From Macrostomum hystrix (taxonomy: Eukaryota > Animalia > Platyhelminthes), in contig CATNEN010000007.1 of the NCBI GenBank assembly GCA_950097015.1, positions 6,634,001 through 6,698,000 of the forward strand: a stretch of 64,000 nt of DNA, given 5' to 3'. Positions 11,348-25,000 of this stretch are shown one piece after another; the stretch's first letter is position 1, and the number at the start of each line of letters is the position of its first letter. Under the pieces are notes generated by a model. The model searched no databases. It saw only the letters and a list, made by a program, of their open reading frames with translations, and was not told the DNA's origin. Both the position numbers and the translations under genes were made by a program.

Positions 11348-12444
11348 ACCAGGACAGAGCGACAAAAACGGGCTGGCTGTGCACATGGCGCCAGAACTGA
11401 ATCAATACTGCAGCGTCACCCAACCTACCCTTTCCTTTTGGGCACGCGGGAGTCCTAGAATGTACAAATAGAACAAAGTCATGCGAAAAGCGCGTGATTC
11501 TGTACAGTTCACCCCTTCAAATACTACCCGCCTCGTCCTAAACCTCTCACCCCCCTTTTGCTATTTCTGCCAGCGTGGAACTGACGAAATAAGGCAACCC
11601 ACTTCAACCCCTCCAGCGTGGAATGGGGTGGGTTGAACAGGAAAATGCTGCTGCTTCTAAGCCTAGGCGAGTCGTAAATAGCAGCTGTTTACAGAGCAAG
11701 TTGCCAAAATAGAAACCAGAAGAGACAGAGAAAGAGTCGGGGTGAGAGCGAAAGACCACACACACAGTCCAAAAAAGCCTCACCCAAGCTAGAAAATGGG
11801 CCTAAGTCCCGAACCCGTAGAAGCGTTTTCCGCACGGCATGACTAGGCAAAATGAGAGCACTCTATTTTACGAGCATAGCTATTGGGCACTTCCGGGAGC
11901 CGTGTCTTGCTATAACAGTCTGTAAAGAAAGCGTAGCTGGATCGATATTACAGTAGTTTTGAAATTTAATTCAATAGTTATTAATACTCGGCTGCAAACT
12001 TGCTTAGCCAAAATGAAACAGAATATAATTATTAGCTCATTTGTTTTATTAAACTGAAGTTTACAAGCAATTAAAATGAGTAATGCGAGACACGTGTGTC
12101 AACGCAACGCAAATCAACACACATTAGCTAAAAACATCAGCTGAAACAGTGGAAAAAATATTATTAGTAGTACTGATAGTGAATATAAATAAGTGCGGAT
12201 TGCAGTTTGCAGTCATTGAATGATTAATCAATGAAATGGCAAAATCAAACAGTCTATGAAGACGGAAATCCTATATTGTCTGAATTCCAGTTTGCAAAAA
12301 ATGATATAATCGCTGAGTTGTAAAAAAACATACATTTATTTTCAAATGAACACGTGGGGAATAGGAGAAAACTATAGATATAGAAAATTGAAATCAATGA
12401 CTGCCTTTGAATTGGCTGTAGTAACTACAGCCGATAAAAGTAGG

Positions 12445-12915
12445 AGACAGTGTGGGAAGGAGAGAGGTAGGGTAGACAGTGTGGGAAGGAGAGAGGTAGG
12501 GAAGACAGTGAGGGAAGGAGAGAGGTAGGGTAGACAGTGAGGGAAGGAGAGAGGTAGGGTAGACAGTGAGGGAAGGAGAGAGGTAGGGTAGACAGTGAGG
12601 GAAGGAGAGAGGTAGGGAAGACAGTGAGGGAAGGAGAGAGGTAGGGTAGACAGTGAGGGAAGGAGAGAGGTAGGGTAGACAGTGAGGGAAGGAGAGAGGT
12701 AGGGTAGACAGTGAGGGAAGGAGAGAGGTAGGGAAGACAGTGAGGGAAGGAGAGAGGTAGGGTAGACAGTGAGGGGAGGAGAGAGGTAGGGTAGACAGTG
12801 AGGGAAGGAGAGAGGTAGGGTAGACAGTGAGGGAAGGAGAGAGGTAGGGAAGACAGTGAGGGAAGGAGAGAGGTAGGGTAGACAGTGAGGGGAGGAGAGA
12901 AGTAGGGTAGACAGT
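12445..12915. repeat. 29-bp purine-rich minisatellite (GACAGTGAGGGAAGGAGAGAGGTAGGGTA)n, ~16 copies
   Basis: Directly visible tandem units. Confidence 0.97.
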
Positions 12916-13625
12916 AAGGGGGGATATATATAGGCCTAGACATAAGAGAAGGAAAGCGCCAGCAAAATGAGAATGGCAGATGTAAGCGGTATGCCTAGCA
13001 AATGGTCATAGGGAAGGCGAGAGAAGAACCTTAAGCAAACGAATGGGAAATGCTCAACTTCCTCAGGCTTACATAAGTCGGCAACTTTCATTCATAAGAC
13101 GAGCACTCAAATTGAGATAAAATGAGGGCTTCTTAAACGAAGGCCACCATAAAAAGGGAAGTCTTGCAAAAACAAACACTGTGAACTGTCGTCACAAATA
13201 CCGGAAAACAGCATAGAAACATAAAGACAGTTAAGCTGTAGTATGCTGAGGGCAAACAAAGGAAATAGACTAATAAAGTGCAGAACACTACTGCTAAGAT
13301 CGGGGAGTCCCAGCTAGTCATTTTGCAATGGGATCAGAACTCCGTATTCTCAAGATCTTAGGAAAAACGGATCAGAAGTTCATGCGCACACTAGCTACTT
13401 AGCCATCATTTTATTAGTAGCATAATACTATGCACACAATGGACAACCTGTACACTCGCAAAAAATTTAGCTACGCATTTTTCAGCATTTAGATTTCGTT
13501 AATTAGATCATTAGCTTTCTAGCTCGTAGAAAAAAATAAAAGAAACTAGAAATTATTAGTTAAAAAAGTAGCTTTGAAAAAACAAAAAACAAAGGCTGCC
13601 AACAGAGTATCCGAGAAGGCTAGTA

Positions 13626-16600
13626 TCAAAGAAGGCTCGCAACACCACGACCGCCAGCCTGCGGCTTGTCAGTTCGACAGTAAACCGGTCCTTTGCTAGC
13701 CATGTACTTGTCTATGTAGGACTTGGCCTTTCCCTGCACATTGGCGTTAACCTCCAGGTCCTCAATGTGGCGCGTGTGCTTTAACTCCTTGAGCAGGATG
13801 GCGTGGCTCATTTTCTTGACAAGATATTTGAAGTCCTCCGGGTTGGCGATGCGGCCAGCCGGGCAGGCGGGGTTGCAGTAGCGCCGCAGGTAGTCCTGTA
13901 CGAAAGCTTTCATGGAGGATGAGAAGGCCTCCTTCTGCTGCAGCTCGCGCGAGCCGGCCACCTCACGTCGGCGCTGTTCGCATTTTTCGACGCGCTCTCG
14001 CCGGCGGATTTTCACCGCGTTGCGCGCAATCATCTCCTGAATCTCGTCGTGCGACACCTGATAACGCCAGGCGCTATTGTAGTCGAAGACAGCCTCACAG
14101 GCGGCGTCAGCGGCTGCGGCCGAAGTTAACGACGAAGCGGCCGCGTGCTCTTCTGGCACGGCGTCCCATGGATATGTCGGTTCCCAGTAGTGTTCGCTGC
14201 CCTCGAGAGCGCCGGGCCGGTCCCGCCACACCGTCCGCCTAGTGCCAAGGTGGTAAAAGTACACGCGCCCATCAGGGTCTCGAGCGGAGCGCCACTGCGG
14301 AGGCAGGCCGCCAGATGAGGCTGTGCTGGCTGTCGCTCCCGAAAATGCGTCAGATGCGCCTGAATTCCAGTTTGAATGCAAATATTTTGGATTTAGATCG
14401 TACAAAAAGATACGAAAATGTGCGAATGACACTACTCGTTAGTTTGTTTGTCCTCGAGGAGGATAACACTGTCGATTACTCCGCAGTACATTTTCAATAT
14501 TAATTTTCGCTCGAATCGACTCACCAGTATCAGCGCGCTGCGTGACAGCCAAGAGCAGGCGGTGCACAATAGGATCAGCCGCAGCAGCCGCTGCCAGATC
14601 CTCCTGGGTGACGCAGCTAGCGATGGCGGCTGATCGGCGCATTCGCTTGGCTTCGCTTTCGCCCCCGCTTTCGCCGCTGCTGCAACCGCCCCGCAGCAGC
14701 ATAGCTTCGAGCACGCGGCACAGTACGGCGTGAGCCCGGCCAGCGGAGCCGGATTCGGCGGCGGCCTGCAGTTGGCGCCTGTCCGCCTCTGCCATGATGG
14801 CGTAGGCCTCGAACAGGCGGTCAAACTCTGCGGCGGCGGCGTAGCTGTCCGCTGTCGGCTGCTTCTCGAATGTGGCCGAAGACGTCGTCGAAACTGTGCC
14901 AGAAACTCGAGCTGAAGCATCAGACGATGGCAACGCCACAGAGGCAAGCGTTGTTGATTCCTTCAAAGTCTCGTTTGGCAGGTGCTCCCAGCGGGCCAAC
15001 AACTCGGCAGCAAGACGACAGACTGGATCCGAGCCGCCCTGCCGCGTCTCAGTTGTCTTGGATAGTCGGCGAAGCAGTTCAAGTAGGCCGCCGACGACGA
15101 CACTCGAAGCTTTGGCCAGCTGGTCCGCCGAGGCCACAGGAACGCGGGCCATTGCGCCCAGAGCCGCCAGAGCCAGCGGTCTGGCATCTGTATCGGTATA
15201 ATCCCCATTCCGCTCTGTTGTTGCCAGACAGGCGGTCGCCAGTTCGAGTCCGCGATGTCTACGAAGTTTCAGAAGCAATTCTTCGGCCCCAGCGTCGATA
15301 TTCGCTAGCAATTGGAGCAGCCGCGTCTTGGCATGACCCAGAAGGCTGCGCTCGTGTAGCAGGACCTTATTGGAAAGAAAAAGTGAAGGATGAAATAGAA
15401 GCAACGAAGATTCGTTGTTTGGTCTGAGTTCGAAGTGGGATATATACTGGGACAGCTGAATGATAAACTGCGGATATAAGAAATTATAGGAGTTATAGAA
15501 CCTAGCCCAGTTGGGCAACATGCACAGCCAGTGGCACAATAGCAGCTTGTGAGCAAGGCTGCGTACAGTCTGTGTAGCACTCACCCACCCATTTGGTTTG
15601 GTTGTGATAATAGTCTTAGTTGGGAGTCAAACCAATAGGAATAATCCAACTCACCCTAAGCACGCCCACAATTTGCGCTGGCTGCGTGACAGCCTCTATA
15701 TTAAGCGCTGTCGAATCTTTGCCTAAACTTTCGCCAGCCTCCGCAGCTGGACGACCGCAGCAGCCGCAGCGAGGCGGTGTCTGCTTACCGTCCAGCTGAG
15801 CAGCGAACGCCAGCTGGCAACAGGCGATGGTCACCTCGTCGCCTCTGGCGATGCCGCGCCTGGCAAACAGGCCCAACCGGCGCTCGCCGCCGACGATCCA
15901 GACCTGAGCCTCGGCATTCGGCTCGACTACTCCAGCGCCGGCGCAGCAGCTGACAAATCTGGCTGCGTTGCCTTTCGACGAGGTGTCAATCGCCAGCTCG
16001 CCCAGGGGAGCAAAGTGCAGCCGCTTTCCGGCCGACTCGTATTGGACCTGGCGACGGAGAAATTCACTAGAGCCGACTAGTTCACCAACATACTCGATGA
16101 GAAAGTCGCCAGAGTCAATAGCAGCTGTGGCGCGAAGGCCCCAGCCACGCTCCGGGCCCAGATAGAACGGCTCCAGGGGTAGCGGCGAATTGACCGCCGC
16201 GTTGAAGTGCCGATTTGTGCACATCTCAGCGCAGGGGCAGCAATGGTTGTCGCACTCGATGTGTAGGACGCGATTCACGCACTCGGAGCCGCAGGCTTCA
16301 GCGCCCCGCGCCGCCTGGTCGGGTGTTGGCACGCTGCAATCGCAGGGCCAACTGGAAGCTGGCTCGGTGGCTAGTGACGACTTGGCCGTTGCCTGCCGAA
16401 TATTCCGTAGGATTGGCTCGTAGCTGGGTGGCGACATGCCCGGCGGCGCGGCTGGTTTAAGCGGCACTTCAGCTGCGGATGCAGCGGCCGCCCGCTCGGC
16501 AGCTTTGGCCGCAGCGGACGAATCCAACGCGTCATCGAGTGGCTCCTCGGGCTCAGCAACGTCGGAGGACAGACAGCCAGCTAGAAGTGACTGTCGATCC

Positions 16601-19600
16601 TGTTCGTCCAGTTCCACCTCGTTTACGCTACGATCGCTGGCGCCTCCGCCGCCATCGCCTCGGTCATCGAGAATTCGCGAATTCGATGATGCAACTGACA
16701 TGTCGCTGCTGCAGCCACCGCCACCACGAGCACCGCCGCTCGTTGCAGACATCGCGACAGGCGCCGGCAGACCAGGCGGTGTTGTCGGTGCAGCATTGGA
16801 AACTGCGGAAGCCACGGCCGATGCCGGGCCACGCAGGCGAGACAACTCCCGTTGCTGCATGGCCACCTGGCTCTGCATCTGCTTGGTAATTTTGGTCAGC
16901 GCTCCGAAGAAGTCCGTCAGCTGTTTCAGCGCTGCGTTGGCGTCTGCGGCGCCGCCAGTTTTAGAAGCAAAACTGCTACCGATGTTGGCGACACTGCCGC
17001 CAACTGCCGCAGCAGCGGCTGTGGCTACGGCTAACGGCGAGGTAGTCGACGGCAGCTGCTTCGGCGGGTCAAGCCGGGCCGGGATCGCCTTTGACTCCTG
17101 AGGTGGGTAACAGTTTGGGATTGCTTGCTGGATGAATGACGGTGGTTAGCGAGCGGGAATTCAGTCATTGATGGGGAGGCCATCATCATCATCCTCATTA
17201 TCATCATCATTATCTGACATCAAGAAGTCAGCATTATGTGTCGTTAAGCGCGCAAGAGCTGGGCGCCAACCACTGTCAAGGTCAGCGGGGCGACTGTTGG
17301 CGCATGCTTGTTGCTCATCCAGATTGGCTATTTTAGGCTTTTTCTATTATGCTGCAAAAATTGTGCGGATTCGGCGACGCGGGATAATTCAGGATTGACA
17401 GTAGACAATTGAGGATTAGAATGCTCTTGCACTGCGTCGCGGAGACTAGGAAACTAATCTTCCTGATCACTAAACATTGGCACTCGCAATTCAACACTCG
17501 ACTCAATAAAGGTTAACCCAAAACTACCAAATAGGCATCCAGTTTTTTGGTGCCTGGATGCCTGTTAGCTACTAAAATGTGCAAAAGCAACACAGACTGA
17601 GACTAGCCTAGTCTGTGTCTAGGCTTAAAAATACTATCCCAGATCCCTAATACCGGCCATCGGAGAACCACAGATGAGGTTCGACTACGTGAAGTTGGCA
17701 GCCCCTCTCTATACCGTGCAGTCTCCAAGCATTTAACCGATAACGAAAGAATCAAAGAGTGGAAGCAAATTCAAAACTCGGCAACGAAGTTAGCTTATCG
17801 AATCATTCGACGATGATCAAAAATGGGAAAAGCGGGGAAGGTGGTGCGGAAGGGGATTATAGAAACAGCTAGCGGGGTGACGACAATTAAGTATTTTTTA
17901 GCCAATAGCAGACAGGTCAGAGCAGAATGGTGCGAATGTTTGGACTAAAGCGGGTGGGCAATAAAAAACGCAAGAAACACCGAAGCATCGGTTTAGTGAT
18001 GAAAGAGAAACCGTTTCAGGGAGCATGCAGCTGGGCAAGGTCAATCAGTTAGACGTGCAGAGCGGAATGTCGCCGGTCACCCACCTGACGTGTGGCGTGT
18101 AGGCGATCCCCGGATGCGTTAGCATCTCCGCCGCTCCTCCTTCGGCTACTGCCGCTGTCATCGGCGTTGTCGCCTCCACCGCTGCTGCGCTGTCGCTGAA
18201 TCATGGCGTCGACTTGACGCAGCCGCTCTTTCACTTTTTGCCGCTCCAGATGTCGTCGCTCCCGTTCCTCAGCTTTGGAGGCAACCGCCACCACGGCGGG
18301 TTCAGAGGTGCCACCGCCGGATAAATTAGAGGCCCGCTGCTGATGCTGCCGCTGCCTTCTTGATCGGGAGCCAGATTTGCTACGACGCTGACGACTGCGG
18401 CTACGTTGGCGCTGATTCGAGCAGTGCCCGCCCCCGCCTCCAACAGCACCACCGCCGCCACCCCCAGCAGCAGCCGAATCATCCTCAGAGTCGTCGCGGC
18501 TTCGATGCCGCCTATGCCGCTTGGAGCGGTCTCGCCGGCTATTCGAGCCGCTGCTTCCAGAGCGGCTGCGGCTGCCGTCTCCGTCGCGACGATGCCGACG
18601 TCGAGATCGGCTTTTGTTCCCGTGACGGCTTCGACTGCCTTCGCGTCGGCGACTCCCACTGCCGCCCCGACGCTTTTGTCGGTTTTTTTCGTCCGCAGTA
18701 TCATCATGCGCTACACCCTCGTCTTCCTTTTCCTTGCTTCTCTCTCGCGATTGGTGGCGCTGGCGCGACTGAGTCGGCGTTCGAGAACGACGGCGGCGCT
18801 CCTCCTCCCGACGCCGGCCACTGACAGCCTGATCGTCATTCGATCGCTGTTCTTTTGAGGCTGGTGGCGAGGAACGGCGAGGTTCCGATGCGTCTCGAAT
18901 CAAAGTGGCAGCTTGGTACGAAGGTGTGTGACTCCTGCGCTGCTTCTTGTGCATCTCTGCCTCTTGCTGACTTGCAACAATCGGCGCTGCTTCAGAAGGC
19001 GGCTGCAAGGCAAGTTTTGATGAGGCGTCCTTGGGCTCCACTTTTTCACTGCCATCATCGACTACCTCGCCGCCTTCATCGTCATCAAACTCAGCTAATG
19101 TGGACTTTAAATGCCCCTTAGAGGGTACTTTACGGCGAACAGCAACGGGACCGCTTCCTTGGGCAGCTGCAGTAGAATCTCCACCAGAAAAGCTCATGTG
19201 TACCTTCTGGCGTACTTCTGGCAATTCATGTGGAGCGGAGCTCATGGCTGTATCGTCAGCATTGTCTGCATCCCCTAGGCCCATCTCATTGTCCGTGAGC
19301 TGCTGCGGCTCCTCATCTGACAGGGTGGCGTAGGAACTGGCACGAGACTCCTTGCGACCGGAGCCTTTGACTCCAGAATTCCCACCCTCGCCATCCCCAT
19401 TATTTTTTGAAGTCGCTTCTGTCGGTGACCGACGACGCTGGCTGCTGCGGCGCCTATGAGGCGACGCTGTGGGTGACGACGCCCGATGATGTCTACGCGA
19501 GGACGACGACGATCTACGATGCCTGTGACGATGTCGCCGGCTGTCCCGATCGGGCGAGCGCGAGCCGCGCTTTCTTTTCCGATGCCGATGGCGGTGCGAG

Positions 19601-21155
19601 TGTGAGCCGCTGGATCGACGCCGTCGCCGGCCGCCACCATCATCGTCTAGAGCGGCATAGGTGTCCTCGCGCTGCTGCATCTGTAACAACTCGCGCTCGC
19701 GCGAAGATCGCAACCGATCAGCCTCTTGACGAGTCATCAGGGCGCCTGGAATCGGCGGCAGCGTGGCCGGGTTCAAGTGCGACACGTCCGGGAGTGGTGG
19801 CGCCTCGGCCGCCTGCTTGGCTGCCAGCAGCAGGTTTGGTCGATTGTGCTTCGGCTTTGTCGGATTCAGCGGAATACCGCCGCGACCGCTCAGTACGCTC
19901 AGACCCGCTAGGCCAGTCAGGCCGGTTAGGCCGCCACCGACATTGCCCAGACCACCTAGGGTTCCAAGACCACTGACGCTGGATAAACCGGTGAGGCCTC
20001 CTAAGCTACCGAAGCTGCTCGGAACACCCACACTGCTGAGACTCGACAGGCCCCCGATGGTACTACTCATGAGACTAGTAATACTCATGGTGCCCACGCC
20101 CAACTCTGTGCCAGTCAGGCCGCTGCTCCTAGCACTGCCACCACCGCTGTTGATGCGAGCCCGACTGCCAGAACCGCTGATAGCACCGCTTCCGACTGCG
20201 GATGATGTCGGGGCGACACCAGACGAAGAGACAATCGAAGCAATCGGAGCACCGGAGCTTGAAGAGGCTGATTCGAATGGTTGAATCGGAGTTTTCTCTA
20301 TATCGGCTGCGTTTGGTAAGAACAGTTCGGAACGGCGGCCAAAGGCAGCAGCACTGTTGCCACCGCCAGCTCCACTGGGAGCGGCACCGCTGTTGCTTCC
20401 ACCGCTATCAACTTCGGGCATCTTCTTTCGTTTAGCTGGCAGGACGCCGGTTTGCAGTGTCAGCGGCTTCCGTTTGCCTGGTCCGGCCGGTGCTTGCACT
20501 GGCATCGGCTGCCTTCGTTGTTGCTGCTGCGTTGGCGATGTGGCATTCTGCTGACCTGGCTGCTGCTGTTGCTGCATGGAGGCTACCACGATTGCCGACT
20601 GTTGAGGCTGTTGCGAAGAAGTCGCAGCGGATCCACTCTTGGCGTAGCTGATCATGCCAAATGCACTTTTCAATGCGAATTTCACTGGGCCGCTACTCGC
20701 CGAAAGATGAGCAGTCAGGTCCGGCGGCGGCGGTGCCGCTGTATGCTCCATGGCGGCATGCTGCGAAGCCTGCGGATATCCCGGTGGTGGCAGTGGAAGC
20801 TGGTCCGGCAAGGGAATATCAGCCACATTTGAAAAATTGCTATCATCACCATTGTCGCTGCCAGATTTTAGCGGCGGCGACTTGCGTCGAACAGGCGGCG
20901 GTGGCGGCGGCGGCGGAGGTGGAGGCGACGTTGGTGGAGGTGGTGGAGGGGGCGGCGGTGGTGGCGGCGGGGGCGGTGGAGGTGGCGGAGGCGGTGGCGC
21001 CGTTCTCACCGCTCGCACCGGCATTGGAATTTCATCCAGCTCACTGAAACGTAAGTAGACGGAATAAAACTACATCCTAGACAAAAAAGAGTATGCAAAT
21101 GGTAGAATCGGACTTCTTAAACTTACTCAGTCGGAAATGCGGGATCGTACTCCAT
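13626..21155 (-). CDS. setd2: SETD2/Set2-like protein (AWS, SET, helical region, WW, SRI), ~2001 aa. Exons 21155-21127, 21043-18085, 17097-15655, 15365-14525, 14359-13626. SET active site degenerate.
   Basis: AWS: CGSECVNRVLHIEC...CPCAEMCTNRHF. SET: GWGLRA...FLIEYVGE. WW: LPPQWRSARDPDGRVYFYH. SRI: GRIANPEDFKYLVKKMSHAILLKE...YIDKYM. N-terminus MEYDPAFPT, then poly-Pro and RS-rich regions. All four GT-AG junctions are phase-consistent (6006 nt in total). Confidence 0.88.
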
Positions 21156-22056
21156 AACAGATTCCACTGACAGCAAACAGGGCCAACACAGGTACAGCTG
21201 GTTTGCGCAATGTCAACAATAAATTTAGTCCAAGTAGAAGATACTCGCGAGAGAACAGAAGCTCTCCGAAAGGCTTCTGTGGATCACCACATGGCCAAGC
21301 GGCTCTGCTGTAACAAATAAGCGACATGAATAAAAAAACGGAAGTATATTATCTAATTTCATGCACTATGTACGCTCGTACAACAATATTTGCAACAATA
21401 TTTTTATTATTATGCCTGATTGATTAACTTTCATATCTAATATGAAGGAGATAGCAACAGGGCTGGGTGGGACAATGTGATCAAGGTTGAGGGGAAAGAT
21501 AGGATCAAGGTTGGGTGGGAAGATGGGATCAGGGCTCAGAGGGAAGATGAGCTTAAAGCTGGTTGGGAAAAATGGGATCAGGGTTGGCTGGGATGATAGG
21601 ATCAAAGAATGGGAGGGAAGATGGGATCAGGGAATGGGTGGGATAATGGATCGGGGATGGCGGGGTTTGGGATTGAAGTTACCGCAAAACTCAAATAAAT
21701 CAATAATATAATCCCGCAAAAAAACAAAAGAAAACATGAATGAATTTGGCACAAAACTGTCGCACAAAAACGGCCTGCAATCCAAGTGCTTTGTACTTTT
21801 TTCTGCATCCTTCAATGCGCTAGATATTGGATACAATAAATAGAATAGCAACGCTCGTACTTCAGCAAGTCAAAACAAGAACAGGTGGCCGATTGAAAGC
21901 CACATGTCTTCAGATTTGGAGGTCCTTGATAATATATGCGCATCAAATTGAATATCTCAGCAACAAATCAGTCGTAAGTAGTGCAAATGCAATTATTTTA
22001 CTTAGTACAGCAATGCGAAACTGTAGATAATCTATCTGGCTAAGCAGATGGGAAAA

Positions 22057-25000
22057 TCACTTGGATTCTCCAAACACAACGCAGTCGCTGCGCAGTCGCT
22101 TCCGCCGTCTCGCAAACAGCTGGCGCGGACCCTCAAGCGCGTCAGCCAGTGACACAGGCGGCGGCTCCTGAACGGCATGGACGGCGACAGCAGCAGACGG
22201 CAGCTGCGCTGGCGGTGTAGTGCCCTTGAGCGGAACCTTGGTGCATGCATCCTGGATCCGTGTTGACTGCTGCATCGACGGTGAGGTTGGCGGCGGTGGC
22301 TCTTCTGGAAGCAACAGCGGCCGTAGCAGAGGCTCGCAGAGACTGAGGCCGTCCAGCGAGGCCGACAGCGGCTCATCGACACCGTCGACGACTGCGGCCA
22401 AAGCGGTAGCAGCTGTCGCCGCCGCGTCCAAAGTTGTTCGACGACGCTTCTTTCGCTTCTTTGATGACGAAGGTGCGCCGGCACCGCAGGCATTGGCGCC
22501 TGTACCGTCGTTGGCTTCGCCGTCAGACAGCGCGTCGATTGCGGCATTGAATTCGTCTAGATGATAACGACGGCATAACAGGGTGAAGCGGCTACGCAGC
22601 TCAGCCGGCAGGGCTGGCCACGGGTGCAGGGAAGAGCGGAGCACCAGGTGAAAATGCATTCCGGCTAGGCTGGCGGCGTCCTTGCTGCCAACGCCGAGGA
22701 GCTCCCGGTGCCGGTGGACGGCGATGCGGACGACCGCCCGAACGCAGGCGTGGAACAAACTGGCCTCGTCTGAGTTGAGAGTGCCAGCACGCTTGTCGTA
22801 TCTGGATGGGTTTGACGCGGGGGCGGAGGAGATGAAGTAAGACAAGATAGGATTGTGGATACGTCGTAAACTGGTCAATTTGTAAGTGTAATATGAGATC
22901 CTGCAGTTCAACAGGGATCTTCTGCCATATAAACCTCACGACAGCGGCCTTGAATGACAGGGAGGAGATGAGACAGGATAGGAGACAGGCGAGATTATAG
23001 GGAGGTAGGTGCTTTTAGGAGCAATAGATACTTCGAGATTTTAGAGGCAATGAAAAAGACCTTCGGATTGCCTAGGCCCAAGTTGCCAGCTCACACTGTC
23101 ACAATAAAAAAAGCGAGGCTAAATCACCTGGCCGCCATTAGCCTGGCCCGGTGCACCAGCATGAGCAGCACAGTATTGAGCAGGTGCGAATGCACAAAAG
23201 CGCATCGGGCGCACAGGTCGCCCAGCAGCGCCAGGCAGCGCAGTCGCAAATTCTCGCCAAGCCTGGAGTCAATAGCGCGCTTCCACAGATAATCAAAGAA
23301 GCCGTGAGCGATCCTGTCGCTGACAGAGCAGGCCAGAGCCAGAAGCAGGTGAATGCGCGACGGTCCGGCAAGGTGGGTGAGCTCTCTATCGAACACAGTC
23401 AGCAGGTCTTTGTAAATGGCGCGAGTGCGCGGCCAATCGGCCGGGTCGAGCTCGGCGCGCGCGTAGCAGAGCAGCGGGTGCAGGCAGGCATTCAGCTTTA
23501 GCCGCCTGTCACAGGAGCGGCAAGTGCCGGCTGCGGTGGCCTGCTGGAGAATGATGTGCAGGTCCAGCGTCAGCTTCCACCAGCAGTCGTCTGGTCGGCG
23601 GCCCACAAGGCGGACAGCGGCGGTGCTGGCAGCTTCGACCGAAGATTGAGTACAAGTGCAGATGGCGGAGGTGCCTGGCAAAGTGATTGACGTCTCTATA
23701 GTTTGTAAAGCGATTTGGCTCTATAAAAATGGTACCGATTTGAAGCCTTAGAGTTAGGCTTAACTGTAGATCCACATTTACGGTCAGTACATGTGACTGT
23801 ACACAGCCGCTGCTTTTGCGTGGCACTTCTTAAGGCTGCGAAAACCTTTTCAGTCCATAGACTGGATAGGGGCCGCCACAACAAATAAGAATGGAAGGCC
23901 ACGTTTAAATGTAAATCGGGGTGTATTAAATTAATAAGATGATTCATTGACACAACACAATAATATTAAGATAAATTCAATAAGATCACGTTTTGTTGGC
24001 TTTCTACTGATTAAAAAACATATATTTTAATTTTGGGGAGGATAACTACAGGCCAGAGTATGAGCTTTCGATTTCTGCCCGAGAAGTTGGACGTTCGAAT
24101 CGCAGTGCAATCGAATCAATTTTTGTCCCTTGCTCCAGTTGACTCAGCAAAATTGTTACCGGCATTTGCTGGGGCTGGGTGGGGGTAGCGGCCCCAGTCC
24201 ATGGACTGAACAACTGTCTGCATGCAGCTCGGCGCAATAGCTGCGACTGTGCCACTGACTGTACATCTGACCCAGACATTCCGGACGAAAAGTGACACAG
24301 TAACTATTTTTCAGACAGACCGAACTCACCAGCCTCATCCGCTAGACGCTCCAGCTTGGCCACAGTTCTGCAGGCTACAAATAGGAGGCGAATTCGCAGA
24401 CCGGCGGGTCCAGACAGGTAGGTAGCTGCGGCGCGCAGCATGTTGAGCAGGTAGCAGGCCAGCTGGCGAGTTGGCCGGCCCCACAGGCAGCGCTGCTCGG
24501 CCAAGTCGCAGATGACGTCGGGCGCTGAGGCGGGGAAGGCGGAGGCGAGGGCCTCCAGCAATCGGTGCGCTAAGCTGAACTGCAGCCTAAAATGGGGAAA
24601 TAAATGGAATTAGTTGCAGCTTATCTAGTAATGGAAAATACTTGGGGAGGGGCAATGCCAATCCCCGATCAGAAATCTGCAATATGCTAATCTCGCTTAT
24701 CAGAAATCTCTGATAACTATTTTACAGCTTAACGACTACATATTTTCCTGAGCTAAGATTAGCACTCTCGACCTCTCCTCGGTTAGAAGTCCAAAGCAAT
24801 AACCACTGAGATATGATCTGTTTCATTATTAGAGGCCATGAAAACAGAAGGAATGGATATTATAGGGTATTTTTTTACAAAAATCCTATACAAAAAATAG
24901 TGAATTTATTATTCAAACCAACTTATCAACTTCGAAGTCATCAGGCTGGGCCGCGTCATCAGGTAGTGCCGGGTAGAACCAGCCAACCGCAGTCTCTATA

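Noticed and set aside
17160-17300. Extra acidic setd2 exon (SDNDDNEDDDD)
   Set aside because: The frame ends in TGA and no donor site was found; the flanking exons already join in phase.
13919-23501. Numerous plus-strand ORFs over setd2 and rrn3 (and 9451-9906 over xbp1)
   Set aside because: Antisense shadows of GC-rich exons with no recognisable motifs.
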